DNA of 62,257 nucleotides, filler included. It is 6 parts of 6 records of this genome, joined end to end, with 100 filler letters (N's around TTAATTAATTAA, not from the genome) between each part and the next. Parts side by side here need not be neighbours in the genome. Positions count along the whole stretch, not along the records: positions 48,998 to 62,257 come from SRR31147125_578; 5 more parts are not named here. The stretch is one strand, 5' to 3'. The notes below the pieces were generated by a model. The model made no database searches, was not told the DNA's origin, and was given only the letters and a program-made list of their open reading frames with translations. Positions 62,204 through 62,257 of the stretch are shown here, one piece after another. Numbering within the stretch: position 1 is the stretch's first letter; each line of letters begins with the position of its first letter. The translations under genes and the position numbers were made by a program.

Positions 62204-62257
62204 TGTATTGACACAGTAAATACACTTTAAAAAAAGAAAGGAGCGAGAACTGTCTCA

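Noticed and set aside
1-62257. CRISPR array, tRNA or rRNA genes
   Set aside because: No regularly spaced direct repeats, cloverleaf or rRNA-like segments were seen by eye; a covariance search was not run.

Overview
The window is not one locus. It is six unrelated assembly contigs joined by identical 100-nt artificial spacers (N44-TTAATTAATTAA-N44). (1) 1-24699: AT-rich bacterium, by inference Acholeplasma/Izemoplasma-like, using the standard code. It carries a c-di-GMP-I riboswitch in front of a secreted protein, an HRDC-DUF4011-SF1 helicase-nuclease, a TetR-linked atoDAEB operon, an ABC-F ATPase and several pseudogenes, and it ends at an IS3-like terminal repeat. (2) 24800-31129: an anaerobe reductase operon (MFS, Fe-S/GltD fusion, degenerate NuoF-like, FAD oxidoreductase, SDR, OYE) resembling the equol-pathway enzyme triad. 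(3) 31230-37946: a diderm bacterium with NfeD-stomatin, a 6S RNA and comM. (4) 38047-43321: part of a eukaryotic gene with about 33 short introns; splicing by hand gives a VLIG/GVIN-type giant GTPase running in frame into a RhoGAP domain. (5) 43422-48897: a GT4/radical SAM/EamA/acyltransferase operon bracketed by two consecutive pieces of a PreA-type ferredoxin domain. (6) 48998-62257: a co-oriented run of envelope/secreted genes (DUF3160 with a T9SS-like tail, DUF2330, DUF4139, lipoproteins, beta-barrels) with sigma-54-like promoters and REP-like palindromes. Many frameshifts are single-base losses in homopolymers, most likely sequencing error. All family calls come from motif recognition; no database search was run.
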